In this document: piece by piece, positions 8,191-17,768 of the stretch
How the letters are laid out: the number at the start of each line of letters is the position of its first letter
How positions within the stretch are numbered: position 1 is the stretch's first letter
Source: a virus
Taxonomy: Duplodnaviria > Caudoviricetes
Strand: one strand, 5' to 3'
DNA length: 36,125 nt
Virus record (IMG/VR): IMGVR_UViG_3300037565_000029
Span: 1 to 36,125 of that record
Position numbers and translations under genes: made by a program
The notes under the pieces: generated by a model
The model's input: the letters and a program-made list of their open reading frames with translations, nothing else
Database searches by the model: none
Told to the model about the DNA's origin: nothing

Positions 8191-10080
8191 ATGGCAACCG
8201 ATCTTGAACGCCTTGTTGTGCAGCTCGAGGCCAACATGCGCAATTACGAGCGGTCCATGAACCGCGCGGTCGGGCAAGCGAACCAGTCAGCCCGAAAGAT
8301 CGAGACGCGCTTTGAGCGGGCAAACCGCAGCATGGAGCGCGGCTTTCAGCGTATGGGGCAGGCTGGCGTTCGTGCGCTCGGCGCGCTTGGTGTCGCCATC
8401 GGCGCTGCCCAGCTAGGGCGTGCGACCCTTCAGACGCTTGAATATGCGCAGACTCTTGAAAGCGCCGCTGATCGCCTCGGCTTCAACGTTGAGGCGCTTC
8501 AGGAATATCGGTTTGCAGCAGAGCAGGCGGGCATCGCACAGACGGCCCTGGACATGGGCCTTCAGCGGTTCTCTCGCCGGGTGGCAGAAGCGGTCAACGG
8601 GTCTGGCGAGTTGCGCGACACCCTGCGCCAATACAACATTCAGCTCACTGACAGCGAAGGCCGACAGCGCGATATCAACGCAATCCTAGAGGATTATGCT
8701 GACGCTATTGCAGGGGCGAGCAGCCAGCAGGAAGCCTTGCGCCTAGCCTTCAAAGCCTTCGACAGCGAGGGCGCGGCGCTGGTTGAAATCCTGCGCGATG
8801 GCTCTGACGGAATGCAACGGTTTCGTGAGCAAGCGCGCGAGGCCGGTGTGGTGCTGGGCGAAGACCTTGTGCGCGACGGCGCTGAAGCGAAGCGCACCAT
8901 GGACGAGCTGCGCGCCTCCATCGGGGCAGACTTCAACCGCGCGGTGCTTGAGAACGTCGAGGGGCTTGAAGCCTTGGCCGATGTTCTGGGCCGGATCGCA
9001 GAGTTTGGCGTTGCTGCTGGCGCTGGGGTGGGCCGGGTCATTGGTGAGCTAACGCGCCCTGATTCCCTTGAACATCGCATTGAAGACCTTGAGGCGACAG
9101 AAAGCATTCTTCAGCGCCGCCTAGAAAATGAGCGCGAGAGGATGAACAACGCGTTGTCGCTGTCAGGGGCCAGCGATGTAAGTGAGGGCCAGTCCCGGCT
9201 TGCTGCTGGAATAGCAGGCGAGGCGAGGCGCGAGATTGAGCAGCTTGAGCGCGACTTGGCGCAGACGCAGCAGGCCCTCGATCAGCTCACGCAGATGGCG
9301 GCGCAACAGGCGGGCCGTGCGGCTATGGCGCCTGCCAGCGGAGCGGAGTTAGACGCGCCTGGGGCCAGAAACGGCGCGCCGCCGTCTATTGACCAAGGCA
9401 AGCCTGACAAGGCGAGCTTCGGCGTAGCGACCAGCACCGGCCTGTCAGACAAGGCAGACAAGGAGGCCGCATTAGCTGAAGAGCGCGAAGCCGCACGGGC
9501 GCTGGCCGAAGAGCAAGCCGAAGCCTACGCAGACGCCCTTGAGCGCCGCCGCTCTGAGTTCTCCAGCGAGTTCGCGCACACCATCGCCGGGGGCTGGATG
9601 GCGGCGTTTGACGGCAACCTAGCCGACTTCGCCGCGCAGCGCCTTCGTGATGCGCTCTATGACCGGCTCTTTACGCTGTTCAACGAGCTGGGCCGTCAGT
9701 TGTTCGACAACATGGACGGCAAGGGCGGTCTGCTGGCGACTGGTGCGCGCTTCCTGTTTGGCGGCGGCAAGGCCGAAGGCGGGCCGGTGCGCGCTGGCAC
9801 GGCGTACCGAGTAGGCGAGCGCGGGCCTGAAACCATCGTGCCCATGAGTAACGGCATGGTGATCCCGAACCAAGAGTCCATGCGTACCGGTAGCGGGGCT
9901 TCGGTGACGCTGAATACAAATTACACAATCGACGCGCGCGGAGCGTCACCAGACGCGGTAGCCCAGCTTCGCGCCGAGCTTCCGCAGGCGTTCGCCGCAA
10001 ACAATCAACGGCTTCTTGGTCAATTCCGCGCTGAGGTTCCGGGCCTTGTGGTTAGGGCGCGCAAGGACGGGGTTATCTGA
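8191..10080 (+). CDS. Tape measure protein
   Basis: 629 aa, Ala-rich helical; MATDLERLVVQLEA start; AEGGPV..Y.VGERGPE. Confidence 0.93.
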   Translation: MATDLERLVVQLEANMRNYERSMNRAVGQANQSARKIETRFERANRSMERGFQRMGQAGVRALGALGVAIGAAQLGRATLQTLEYAQTLESAADRLGFNVEALQEYRFAAEQAGIAQTALDMGLQRFSRRVAEAVNGSGELRDTLRQYNIQLTDSEGRQRDINAILEDYADAIAGASSQQEALRLAFKAFDSEGAALVEILRDGSDGMQRFREQAREAGVVLGEDLVRDGAEAKRTMDELRASIGADFNRAVLENVEGLEALADVLGRIAEFGVAAGAGVGRVIGELTRPDSLEHRIEDLEATESILQRRLENERERMNNALSLSGASDVSEGQSRLAAGIAGEARREIEQLERDLAQTQQALDQLTQMAAQQAGRAAMAPASGAELDAPGARNGAPPSIDQGKPDKASFGVATSTGLSDKADKEAALAEEREAARALAEEQAEAYADALERRRSEFSSEFAHTIAGGWMAAFDGNLADFAAQRLRDALYDRLFTLFNELGRQLFDNMDGKGGLLATGARFLFGGGKAEGGPVRAGTAYRVGERGPETIVPMSNGMVIPNQESMRTGSGASVTLNTNYTIDARGASPDAVAQLRAELPQAFAANNQRLLGQFRAEVPGLVVRARKDGVI

Positions 10081-10793
10081 TGGCGTTGAGCGATGCGCTA
10101 AGCCTGCCCGCGTGTATAAGAGTGCAGGCGTCCGATTTCCGACTTAACCGGGTTGAGGCGCGCTCACCAGCGACAGGCGGAACGGTGGACGTGTTTGAGC
10201 GCGCCACGCCGCGCTATACATGGGCGCTGACTGTCGGCCCACTAAAAGACGGCGAAGACGGCGACTGGACCGGTTTTTTCGGCGCGCTGCGCGGTGGACA
10301 AAACACGTTCCGCGCCTATGACCCGTTTCGCCAGAGGCCGCGCAATTACCCGTCTTCAACCGATCCTGAGACGGTGACGGCGGACTCCGCGCTGGTGACG
10401 GCGGATAGCATCGCGCACGCCGCTGATGATACGCTGTTCGCCTGGGGGAACCCCCGCCTGTCCAATGTGGATACAGCGGCGCGGACGGTCGGACTTCAGG
10501 ACATGGCGGCGGGCGCCGTGATCAAAGCGGGCGATCCGCTAAGCTACGAGGACGGGACCAACCTCTGGCGCCTTGTGGCGACACAGGACGCAACGGCGAA
10601 CGCCTCCGGCGTCATATCCGCGTTGCCCGTTGATCTGGTTCCGGTGGGACTCGCGTCTTATCCCGCTCCGGTCTCGTTCTACCGAGCAGCCTGCGAAATG
10701 CGGATCGTGTCCGAAAGTATAGAGACGCCAAGGCAGCGCGCCCGTGGGGCCGTAGTCAGATTTGAAGCCTTCCAAGTCATAAGGAGTGCATGA
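10080..10793 (+). CDS. Distal tail (Dit-like) protein with TAD-repeat insertion
   Basis: First gene after tape measure; ALRGGQNTFRAYDP..RPRNY pattern. Confidence 0.7.
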   Translation: MALSDALSLPACIRVQASDFRLNRVEARSPATGGTVDVFERATPRYTWALTVGPLKDGEDGDWTGFFGALRGGQNTFRAYDPFRQRPRNYPSSTDPETVTADSALVTADSIAHAADDTLFAWGNPRLSNVDTAARTVGLQDMAAGAVIKAGDPLSYEDGTNLWRLVATQDATANASGVISALPVDLVPVGLASYPAPVSFYRAACEMRIVSESIETPRQRARGAVVRFEAFQVIRSA

Positions 10794-11695
10794 TGGCTTT
10801 TACAGCAATCGGGGTTGGCGCGTCAGCCAATGATGGAACCGGCGACGATCTGCGCACGGCGTTCCAGACGGTGAATTCCAATTTCACGGCGCTGGATGCA
10901 GCGGGTTTTGGCGGGCTGCGCAATCGCATCATCAACGGCGATTTCTCCATCCACCAGCGTGGCGGCTCGCAGACCGGGGTGAACTTCATCGACCGCTGGT
11001 ATCGCACCGCAGTCGGCGGGGTGAATCACACATTCACGCAGCAGACCTTCACCGCTGGCCAGACCGACGTGACGGGGAACCCTGAGCACTATCTGCGCTG
11101 GGCTATGGACGCCGTGCCCAGCAGCGCGGCCATCCAGCACAATATCGAAGGCGTGCGCACGCTTGAAGGCCGGGAGATCACCTACAGCTTCTGGGCCAAG
11201 GCCAGCGAAGCGCTCACGCTTCAGGGTCTTGTGCAGCAGTATTGGGGGGGCGGGTCTCCAATCGCGGCGTTTGCTGACACGAACAACTTCTCCCTGACGA
11301 CTAGCTGGCAGCGGTTTACGCGCACGCTGACCCTGCCGTCCCTGTCGGGCAAGACCATCGCAGCGGCGAATTACCTGGCCCTACGCCTCGTGGTCCTGAC
11401 CTCCTCTGCGGCGCCGACTATCGAGCTGGCGGACGTGCAGCTTGAGCCTGGAGGCCTTGTCACTCCTTTCGAGCGACGCCCGCGCGGGTTGGAGCTGGCC
11501 CTGTGTCAGCGCTACTACGCCCAGAAGGTCCTCCGCACCGAAAACGGATCGCGCCATGCGCCGCTCCCGCCCATGCGCGCCGCGCCCACTGTCACGGTCT
11601 CGGCGGGGTCGGCGGCGAACATCACCAAGGACGGGTTTGAACTGACCCATAACGCTGCGGCGGATTGCACCGTCACGGCTCTAGCGGAGCTTTGA
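10790..11695 (+). CDS. Side fibre / receptor-binding protein: T4 gp9/gp10-like N-terminus plus carbohydrate-binding-like domain
   Basis: IGVGASANDGTGDDLRTAFQTVNSNF; RNRIINGDF..QRG..DRW; QLE.G...TPFERR...ELALCQRYY. Confidence 0.8.
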   Translation: MMAFTAIGVGASANDGTGDDLRTAFQTVNSNFTALDAAGFGGLRNRIINGDFSIHQRGGSQTGVNFIDRWYRTAVGGVNHTFTQQTFTAGQTDVTGNPEHYLRWAMDAVPSSAAIQHNIEGVRTLEGREITYSFWAKASEALTLQGLVQQYWGGGSPIAAFADTNNFSLTTSWQRFTRTLTLPSLSGKTIAAANYLALRLVVLTSSAAPTIELADVQLEPGGLVTPFERRPRGLELALCQRYYAQKVLRTENGSRHAPLPPMRAAPTVTVSAGSAANITKDGFELTHNAAADCTVTALAEL

Positions 11696-11698
11696 TCC

Positions 11699-11872
11699 AT
11701 GTTTGAGAACGCACGCTGGGCGGACGCCGAGCAAACCCTTATCCTGGCCGAACGTGATGGCCAGACGGTCCACATTCCAGCCGACGCCGAGAATGCGGAT
11801 TACCGCCTTTTGATAGAAGGCGACGCCGAAGCCGGAATTGATCCGGCTGAGACCGCGGACGCTGAAGGCTAG
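11699..11872 (+). CDS. Small acidic fibre-associated protein (57 aa; absent from ORF track)
   Basis: MFENARWADAEQT...IPADAENADY; fills the gap exactly; IPxDxxNxDY motif seen downstream of such fibres. Confidence 0.75.
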   Translation: MFENARWADAEQTLILAERDGQTVHIPADAENADYRLLIEGDAEAGIDPAETADAEG

Positions 11873-11875
11873 GCC

Positions 11876-12559
11876 ATGCGCACGCTGACCGCCGAGCAGA
11901 CCGCAGCGCTTGAGGCGGGCGTCGGAGGCCTGCGCTTCACCTGCACGCTTACGCTCGCGTCAGGAACATATCGCTTCTGGGATGAAGACCACGGCACGCT
12001 GACGCTGGACGGGGCCGATTACATCGGGGCTGGCGCGTTCGCGTCATTCTCCGGCGTTCCCTCCGGCGATGGCCTTGCTGCGGCGCGGTTTCAGACCACG
12101 CTCGACGGCACGCGCCTTGTGTCCGACGACGTTGCGGGCGATCCGGCCAGCGTCCTCGCCAGCTTCCATGAGGAGGACTACAAAAACCGGCCCATAGACT
12201 TTCAGATGGTCCTGTTCGATCAGGCGAGCACCGTGGTTTTCGCGCTACCGATTCTGTCCGGCATCATCACTGGCGCGCCCCTGTCCATCGGCCCGGTCGT
12301 GACGCTGACTGTGGAGGCGCAGACGCGCAGCGGGCTGCTCTCCCGGTCCAACGGCGCGGTTAGATCAAGCGCGCATCAACGCGGGCTGTACGCCGGAGAT
12401 ACAGGGCTGGACTTTGTGGCCGACACCGTAAACGGCGAAAGCTCGCTATGGTGGGGTCCGCAGGCGACCCGGCGCAGCGGCGGCGGCGATGTCGACGGCG
12501 GGCCGGGCGGCCCAGGCGCGCCGGGCAACAGACCGCCGATCCTAAGCCCGACCGGTTAG
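11876..12559 (+). CDS. Tail tip hub / minor tail protein
   Basis: YIGAG, RSSAHQRGLYAGDTGLDFV..LWWG; synteny. Confidence 0.75.
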   Translation: MRTLTAEQTAALEAGVGGLRFTCTLTLASGTYRFWDEDHGTLTLDGADYIGAGAFASFSGVPSGDGLAAARFQTTLDGTRLVSDDVAGDPASVLASFHEEDYKNRPIDFQMVLFDQASTVVFALPILSGIITGAPLSIGPVVTLTVEAQTRSGLLSRSNGAVRSSAHQRGLYAGDTGLDFVADTVNGESSLWWGPQATRRSGGGDVDGGPGGPGAPGNRPPILSPTG

Positions 12560-12561
12560 CA

Positions 12562-12951
12562 ATGACACGCCTGAACGATTGGGAGCAACGCGGGGCCGCA
12601 TGGCTTCGCGACGCTGAGGCGCGTCCGCTTAACTGGCGTGACGCGCATTGTGCGTTTCTCGCCGCTGACGCCGCACTGGCCGTGACCGGAGAAGATCCAG
12701 CCGCCGAATGGCGCGGGCGCACGTCCGCCGCCATGCGCGCTCAGTCCGCCAAGGGCGTGTTCGCGCTTGTACCTTATCACGAGATCGCGCCGGCCGGAGC
12801 GCAGCGGTTCGACATCGCAGGCTTCATGTCAGTGCACGGCGAGGCGCTGGGCGTCTGTTTGGGGCGTGAGGCGCTGGTCTACGCCGCAGAGGGGCAGCCT
12901 CCGGTGCGCATCCCCATGAGTGAGGCCGTCAGGGCCTGGAGGGTCGAATAA
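12562..12951 (+). CDS. NlpC/P60-like tail tip protein
   Basis: RLNDWEQR..W...HCAFLAADA..AVTGEDP, AWRV end. Confidence 0.7.
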   Translation: MTRLNDWEQRGAAWLRDAEARPLNWRDAHCAFLAADAALAVTGEDPAAEWRGRTSAAMRAQSAKGVFALVPYHEIAPAGAQRFDIAGFMSVHGEALGVCLGREALVYAAEGQPPVRIPMSEAVRAWRVE

Positions 12952-15900
12952 TGCCGCCTGTCGTCGCAGCCGCTTCCACCTTTGTGAAGGTGCTGGGCAG
13001 CAAGGGCTTGATCTCGGCCTTGTTCTCGACGGCGGTGGGGCAGGCCATTCTCACGGTCGGATCGCTTGCGCTTCAGGTCGCATTCCGTCCGCGCATCGAC
13101 TTTGACGACGCGGCGGGCCAGGTGCAGGGCCAGGAGCTGCGCGTCAGGTTCCAGTCCGATCATCCGATCACGGTTCTGGTCGGCCGCACGGCGACGGCGG
13201 GGCATTGCGTGTTTGCGTCCAGCCGAGGACCGAGTGGCGACCCTACGCGCTATCTTACCCGCGTCTTCATCCTGTCTGATTACGAGTGCGCGGACGTAAA
13301 CCGCATCTGGGGCGATGGCGACGAGCTGACATTCAGCGGCGACGTGACCACCGGCTGGCGTGAGTGCACGTCTCATTATCAGGGCGAGGACGGCGAGAAC
13401 CGGCTGCGCATGAGGGTCTATCTCGGCGCCGAGGATCAAGCCGCAGACAGCGATCTGGACGGCCAGTACAGCCAGATCACCTCTGATTTCCGGCTGCGCG
13501 GCAAGACCTACGCGATTGTCGAATGCGACTATGACCCCGAGTACGCATTTCGCGCCGGTGAGCCGCAGCTTCTCTGGGAGGTGGACGGCGCGCCTTGCTA
13601 TGACCCGCGCGAGGCCGGGCATGATCCAGACGATGCAAGTACCTGGGCTTTCACCGAGAACGCCGCGCTGATCGCTGCGCAATATTATGCCGGGTGGAAG
13701 CGCGCTGGGAAGGTGATCCTCGGCGCGGGCTGGTCGCGTGACCGTCTGCCGGAGGCCGACCTGATCGCAGCCGCGAACGAATGCGACGAGGCGGTGAGTC
13801 TTAAGGCGGGCGGAACGATTGCACGCTACCGCGCTTCCGGCCCGATCTACGCAAGCCGCTCCCACCGGTCGAACATCACCGAACTGCTCAAAGCCATGGA
13901 TGGCGAGGTGGACGATACCGCTGGCGAGGTGCGCCTTCTGCCCGGCGTCGAGCGCGCGGCGGTCATGGAGATCAAGTGGGCCGACATTCTCGCCGCAGAG
14001 ACTATCGAGCTTGATCCGGAGTTCGATCCGGCTGACGGGATTAATCGCGTGCTGGCGCGTTATCCTGATCCAGACAGCCTGTATCAGCCGCTTGATCTGC
14101 CCGCTCGCACGGACGCGGCGTATGTGACCGAGGACGGCGGCGAAGACCTGACGCTTTCAACCGAGTTCGGTCTGGTCCCTTACGCTGCGCAGGTGCAGCG
14201 GATCACCAAGCGCATTCTTGAGAGGGGCCGGGCGCAGCGGCGGCTTTCGGTTACAATGCGCCTGAAATACATTGTGCTCGAAAAAGGCGACCGCGTGACT
14301 CTGGACGCCGATTTGCGCGCGCGTCTGCGCCTGCCGGAGACTAACTGGCGCGTCGAGACTCGCCCGGCGATGACGCTGGAGGGGGACAGCGCGCTAGCGA
14401 TCAAGCTGGTCTTGCGCGAGCATCCCGACAGCGTGGGCGACTGGACGGCGGCGACCGATGAACTGGATGAAGACAGCGCGACCATCACCCGTCCGGGCAG
14501 CCCGACGCTTACCGTTCCCGGTCTGGCCGTAGAAGCCATCACCATCGGAGCGAGCGGGTTTCAGTATCCCAGCGGGCGCGTGACCTGGACAGCCACCAGT
14601 GTTGCGGTGCGGCTGATTGAGATCGAGCTTCGCGAGGATGGAAACAACGCGACGCGCCAGCAATTCAGCGCAAGCCCGTCCTCCCTTCAGCAAACGCTCG
14701 GCAGGCTGGGCGCAAATGTTGATTATCAGGTGCGTGCGCGCGTCGTCACGGGGACAGGGCGGCAGGCATGGTCAAGCTGGCTGGATTTCACCAGCGGCGC
14801 GACGGATACGGCGACCGGCGTCGATTGGGGCGGGGTCACAGGCTCCGGCAAGCCGGACGATAATGCGACGGTCGGGGCCGACTGGTCCTCAAATCTGCTT
14901 AATCGCCCCACCGAACTGACAGATGGCCGGGTCGCGGTGGGGCTGGCGTCGAATGGCGACTTGGCCCGGTCGATTCCTGGCTCGATCAAGACCAGTTCGG
15001 ACATTCTCAGCCGCACGGGCGGGGGCGTGTTCACCGGCGATCTTTCCGCCACTCTGGGCGCGGACTGGTCGGCCAATGTCAGCAATCGTCCGACCGAACT
15101 AACCGATGGGCGGATTACGGCGGCGCTCACCGTGGACGGCGACATAATCCGCCCCATTCCAGAGCCGGTCGCTACCAGCTCAGACCTCCTGCGCAAGACC
15201 GGCGGCGGGCTGTTCACAGGCGATCTTGCGGCGACTGCGGGCGCGGACTGGTCAACCAACCTGACCAGCCGCCCCACAGAGCTGACCGATGGGCGGGTGT
15301 CTGCGGCGCTCGATAGCAGCGGCGATCTGCAAAATGATGCGCGCGTGCGCCAGGTGGGCGGGACGACCAAGCGGGCGCTGGGCCGGGCGCTGGCCGTTAT
15401 TGAGGCGCAGGATGGCGACAGCATCACTTTTGCAGAAGCGTTCAACGAGCCTCCGACGATCCGTATCCTCGGCGGCACCGGCTCCACGTTCGACGAACGC
15501 ATCGGAACCGGCTCGAACATCAAGCATCTTCAGGACTACGCCGCCCAGAATGTCACGACGACGGGCTTTGACGTGAAGGCCAAGATACGCGGCGAGGCGA
15601 CAGGAACGACCGCTCGCAATGATGCGGTGACGACAGCCGGGAGCGGAAGCGATCCTGACTATGTGGGGGACAAGTCAACCGCTGACGAGGCGTTTGATGA
15701 CAACTACACCTTTTCCGGCACGCTGACGGGAACCTACACATCATCAGGCTTCGCGACCGCCACGATTGAGCTTTACACCAACGATGGCGGTGGATGGGTG
15801 AAGCGAGCGAGCGTCAATTTCCTGTTGCCCAGCGCTAGTGGCGGCACCTCAATCTCTGAGCCATGGTCTCGCACAATCAATGTGGACGGATTGGGCCAGC

Positions 15901-16076
15901 ACGGCGGTAAAGAGTTCGGGATTGCTATCGTTCCTGGCGGCAATATCAGCAGCGCAGACAATTCAGCCGGTGCGGTGGTCTACAACTCAATCGCCTCCAT
16001 CACCGAGTATTCGGCCACGCCGGGCAGCGAAGTGGTGTTCTGCTATGTCTTCGAAAGCGACCAGACCCTTGAGTAG
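12951..16076 (+). CDS. Central tail fibre / host-specificity protein (J-like)
   Basis: 1041 aa; YDPR, W.FTENAAL, AAANECDE, FN3-like segment, internal repeats. Confidence 0.9.
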   Translation: MPPVVAAASTFVKVLGSKGLISALFSTAVGQAILTVGSLALQVAFRPRIDFDDAAGQVQGQELRVRFQSDHPITVLVGRTATAGHCVFASSRGPSGDPTRYLTRVFILSDYECADVNRIWGDGDELTFSGDVTTGWRECTSHYQGEDGENRLRMRVYLGAEDQAADSDLDGQYSQITSDFRLRGKTYAIVECDYDPEYAFRAGEPQLLWEVDGAPCYDPREAGHDPDDASTWAFTENAALIAAQYYAGWKRAGKVILGAGWSRDRLPEADLIAAANECDEAVSLKAGGTIARYRASGPIYASRSHRSNITELLKAMDGEVDDTAGEVRLLPGVERAAVMEIKWADILAAETIELDPEFDPADGINRVLARYPDPDSLYQPLDLPARTDAAYVTEDGGEDLTLSTEFGLVPYAAQVQRITKRILERGRAQRRLSVTMRLKYIVLEKGDRVTLDADLRARLRLPETNWRVETRPAMTLEGDSALAIKLVLREHPDSVGDWTAATDELDEDSATITRPGSPTLTVPGLAVEAITIGASGFQYPSGRVTWTATSVAVRLIEIELREDGNNATRQQFSASPSSLQQTLGRLGANVDYQVRARVVTGTGRQAWSSWLDFTSGATDTATGVDWGGVTGSGKPDDNATVGADWSSNLLNRPTELTDGRVAVGLASNGDLARSIPGSIKTSSDILSRTGGGVFTGDLSATLGADWSANVSNRPTELTDGRITAALTVDGDIIRPIPEPVATSSDLLRKTGGGLFTGDLAATAGADWSTNLTSRPTELTDGRVSAALDSSGDLQNDARVRQVGGTTKRALGRALAVIEAQDGDSITFAEAFNEPPTIRILGGTGSTFDERIGTGSNIKHLQDYAAQNVTTTGFDVKAKIRGEATGTTARNDAVTTAGSGSDPDYVGDKSTADEAFDDNYTFSGTLTGTYTSSGFATATIELYTNDGGGWVKRASVNFLLPSASGGTSISEPWSRTINVDGLGQHGGKEFGIAIVPGGNISSADNSAGAVVYNSIASITEYSATPGSEVVFCYVFESDQTLE
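14865..15330 (+). repeat. About 2.5 tandem 183-bp (61-aa) repeats in central fibre
   Basis: ATxGADWSxNxxxRPTELTDGR units start at 14865, 15048 and 15231. Confidence 0.9.
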
Positions 16077-16353
16077 CCATGACAACTGCGGGGCGTGCGG
16101 AGAGTGCGTCCAGACGTTCCGGCTTGTGGATGTGAGCGCGCATCTTCTCAAGGCGCTGCGGCCCTACGGCAAGATGTGCGACGGATGTGTGTCCCGGCTG
16201 ATCCGTCCGGGGCGCAAGTGGACCGCACTCGGTATCAGGCCGGTCAAGAAGTCGGTCTTCATTCGGGGGCTTCCCGGTACCGAGGCGACGCGGCTGGCTC
16301 ACGTCAAGCGCCAGCAGGCCAAGGCGAAACCGGAACTGGATTACCGGCCCTGA
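16069..16353 (+). CDS. Small basic Cys-rich hypothetical protein (94 aa)
   Basis: TTG start overlapping the fibre stop; CGACGEC...CDGC. Confidence 0.55.
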   Translation: MSSHDNCGACGECVQTFRLVDVSAHLLKALRPYGKMCDGCVSRLIRPGRKWTALGIRPVKKSVFIRGLPGTEATRLAHVKRQQAKAKPELDYRP

Positions 16354-16387
16354 TCGCCAAGATGTAACTGATCTCCACACGCCCACC

Positions 16388-16410
16388 GCCCGCCTTGAGC
16401 GGGCTTTTTC
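16388..16410 (+). terminator. Intrinsic terminator
   Basis: gcccgc-cttga-gcgggc-ttttt. Confidence 0.7.
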
Positions 16411-16431
16411 ATGTCTGAGAAGGAGGGCTGA

Positions 16432-16908
16432 ATGGGCCTGTTTCGTTTCGATAGCGGTCAGCCGGATTTAGAGCTTGACCACTTCGAGCCGTCCGAATTT
16501 GGCGAGTGGTCCCGTAAGATGGACCGGAGCCTTCTTCTCAAGCTCGACGACTTCCGCCAGCGCTGGGGCGCGCCGGTTCACATCAGCCCGGTAGACGGGG
16601 CGCTCGGTCGCAAGACCTATTCCAGCTCCATGCACTCCTACGCTCGGCTGGGCCGGGTGTGCGCGGCGGACGTGTTCCCGCAGGGCATGACGCCGGAGCT
16701 TTTCCCGACCGCGTACACACTCGCCAAGCAGGCCGGGTTCGGCGGGATCGGGATCTACACCGACACCAAGTTCCAGGGCCGAGACTGGCCCATGCTCCAC
16801 GTTGACGTGAGGGCGGTTCCGCGTGGCGACCCGCCTGCAAGCTGGTCGCGGATTGCGGGGGAGTATGACGAATTGGCGCTGCTCATGCCGGAAGGCTGGG
16901 CCAGATGA
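16432..16908 (+). CDS. Endolysin, peptidase M15 family
   Basis: HF..SEF, SxH..AAD, GIGIY, LHVDVR zinc-peptidase motifs. Confidence 0.85.
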   Translation: MGLFRFDSGQPDLELDHFEPSEFGEWSRKMDRSLLLKLDDFRQRWGAPVHISPVDGALGRKTYSSSMHSYARLGRVCAADVFPQGMTPELFPTAYTLAKQAGFGGIGIYTDTKFQGRDWPMLHVDVRAVPRGDPPASWSRIAGEYDELALLMPEGWAR

Positions 16909-17177
16909 TTGATGGAGAGCGACTGTTGGCGAATTGGGTGGACGCGGTGCAGTCAGGACTCCTGACGCTTATAATCCCTGCCCTGATCATGATCGGGGCG
17001 CGCCTGCAGAGGCAAGACGAAACCATCCGGCGCGTGGTGTCGCTGGAGGAACGTGACGACAGGCTGGGCGAGCGCGTGTCTGACAGCGAGCGCAACATCG
17101 CGGTCCTTCAGGCTCAGTATGCGTCGATCTTGGCCAGCCTTGAACGCATCGAGCGCTATGTGGAGAGGCAGCAATGA
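16905..17177 (+). CDS. Single-TM coiled-coil lysis protein (holin/antiholin-like)
   Basis: One hydrophobic segment plus coiled coil; within the lysis cassette. Confidence 0.65.
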   Translation: MIDGERLLANWVDAVQSGLLTLIIPALIMIGARLQRQDETIRRVVSLEERDDRLGERVSDSERNIAVLQAQYASILASLERIERYVERQQ

Positions 17178-17416
17178 GCGCGCTCCCGCAAGCTTCATGG
17201 AAAATCCGCCGTCGCGTGATGTTCGTGGTGCTGGCGTTCTGTATGGCCGTGATCGGCTGGCTGACTTACGCCGCGCCGGAAAGCCGGGTCGCTGAAACCA
17301 TCGTCCTGTGCGCGTTCGGCCTGATGGGGTTGATTGTCTCGGTCTATGTCCTCGGCGCGACATGGGAAGACGTAACCCGCATCAAGCTTGGGGGCCTCAA
17401 TGCTGGGCCTCAATAA
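17174..17416 (+). CDS. Putative holin (2 TM)
   Basis: RRR followed by two hydrophobic helices; position. Confidence 0.7.
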   Translation: MSALPQASWKIRRRVMFVVLAFCMAVIGWLTYAAPESRVAETIVLCAFGLMGLIVSVYVLGATWEDVTRIKLGGLNAGPQ

Positions 17417-17768
17417 GTACCTGCTCGCCGCGCTTGGTATCGTATGCGTTACCATCGGTCTGCTCTGGTGGCGTCTGGATGCGGTGGCCGAAGCGCGCGA
17501 CCGCTGGAAGGCCGACGCCGAAAGCAAGGCTGCGGCGCTTGAGGTCTTGCAGGCTGAAGCGGCGCGCACTGATGCAATCCTGACAGAACTTCGCGCCACC
17601 CGCGATGCGATAGCGCAGGACAGCGCGCGCACCCGGCGCGCCCTTGCCGACCTGGAGGCGTCCAATGAAGCCGTTCGCGCTTATCTTGACCAGCCTGTCC
17701 CTGCTGACCTCGCCCGCCTGCTCTGGCCCGGTGAAGACGCAGACGATCCGCCTGACGCCCCCGACTGA
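17400..17768 (+). CDS. Rz: Inner-membrane spanin
   Basis: N-terminal TM, coiled coil, YLDQPVPADL motif. Confidence 0.8.
   Translation: MLGLNKYLLAALGIVCVTIGLLWWRLDAVAEARDRWKADAESKAAALEVLQAEAARTDAILTELRATRDAIAQDSARTRRALADLEASNEAVRAYLDQPVPADLARLLWPGEDADDPPDAPD

Noticed and set aside
11244-11250. Phase-variable G7 tract in side fibre
   Set aside because: The run is short and in frame (WGGG), and is expected in GC-rich DNA.
14865-15330. DGR template/variable repeat or CRISPR array
   Set aside because: The repeats are in-frame coding units with synonymous divergence, not adenine-specific; no RT or cas genes.
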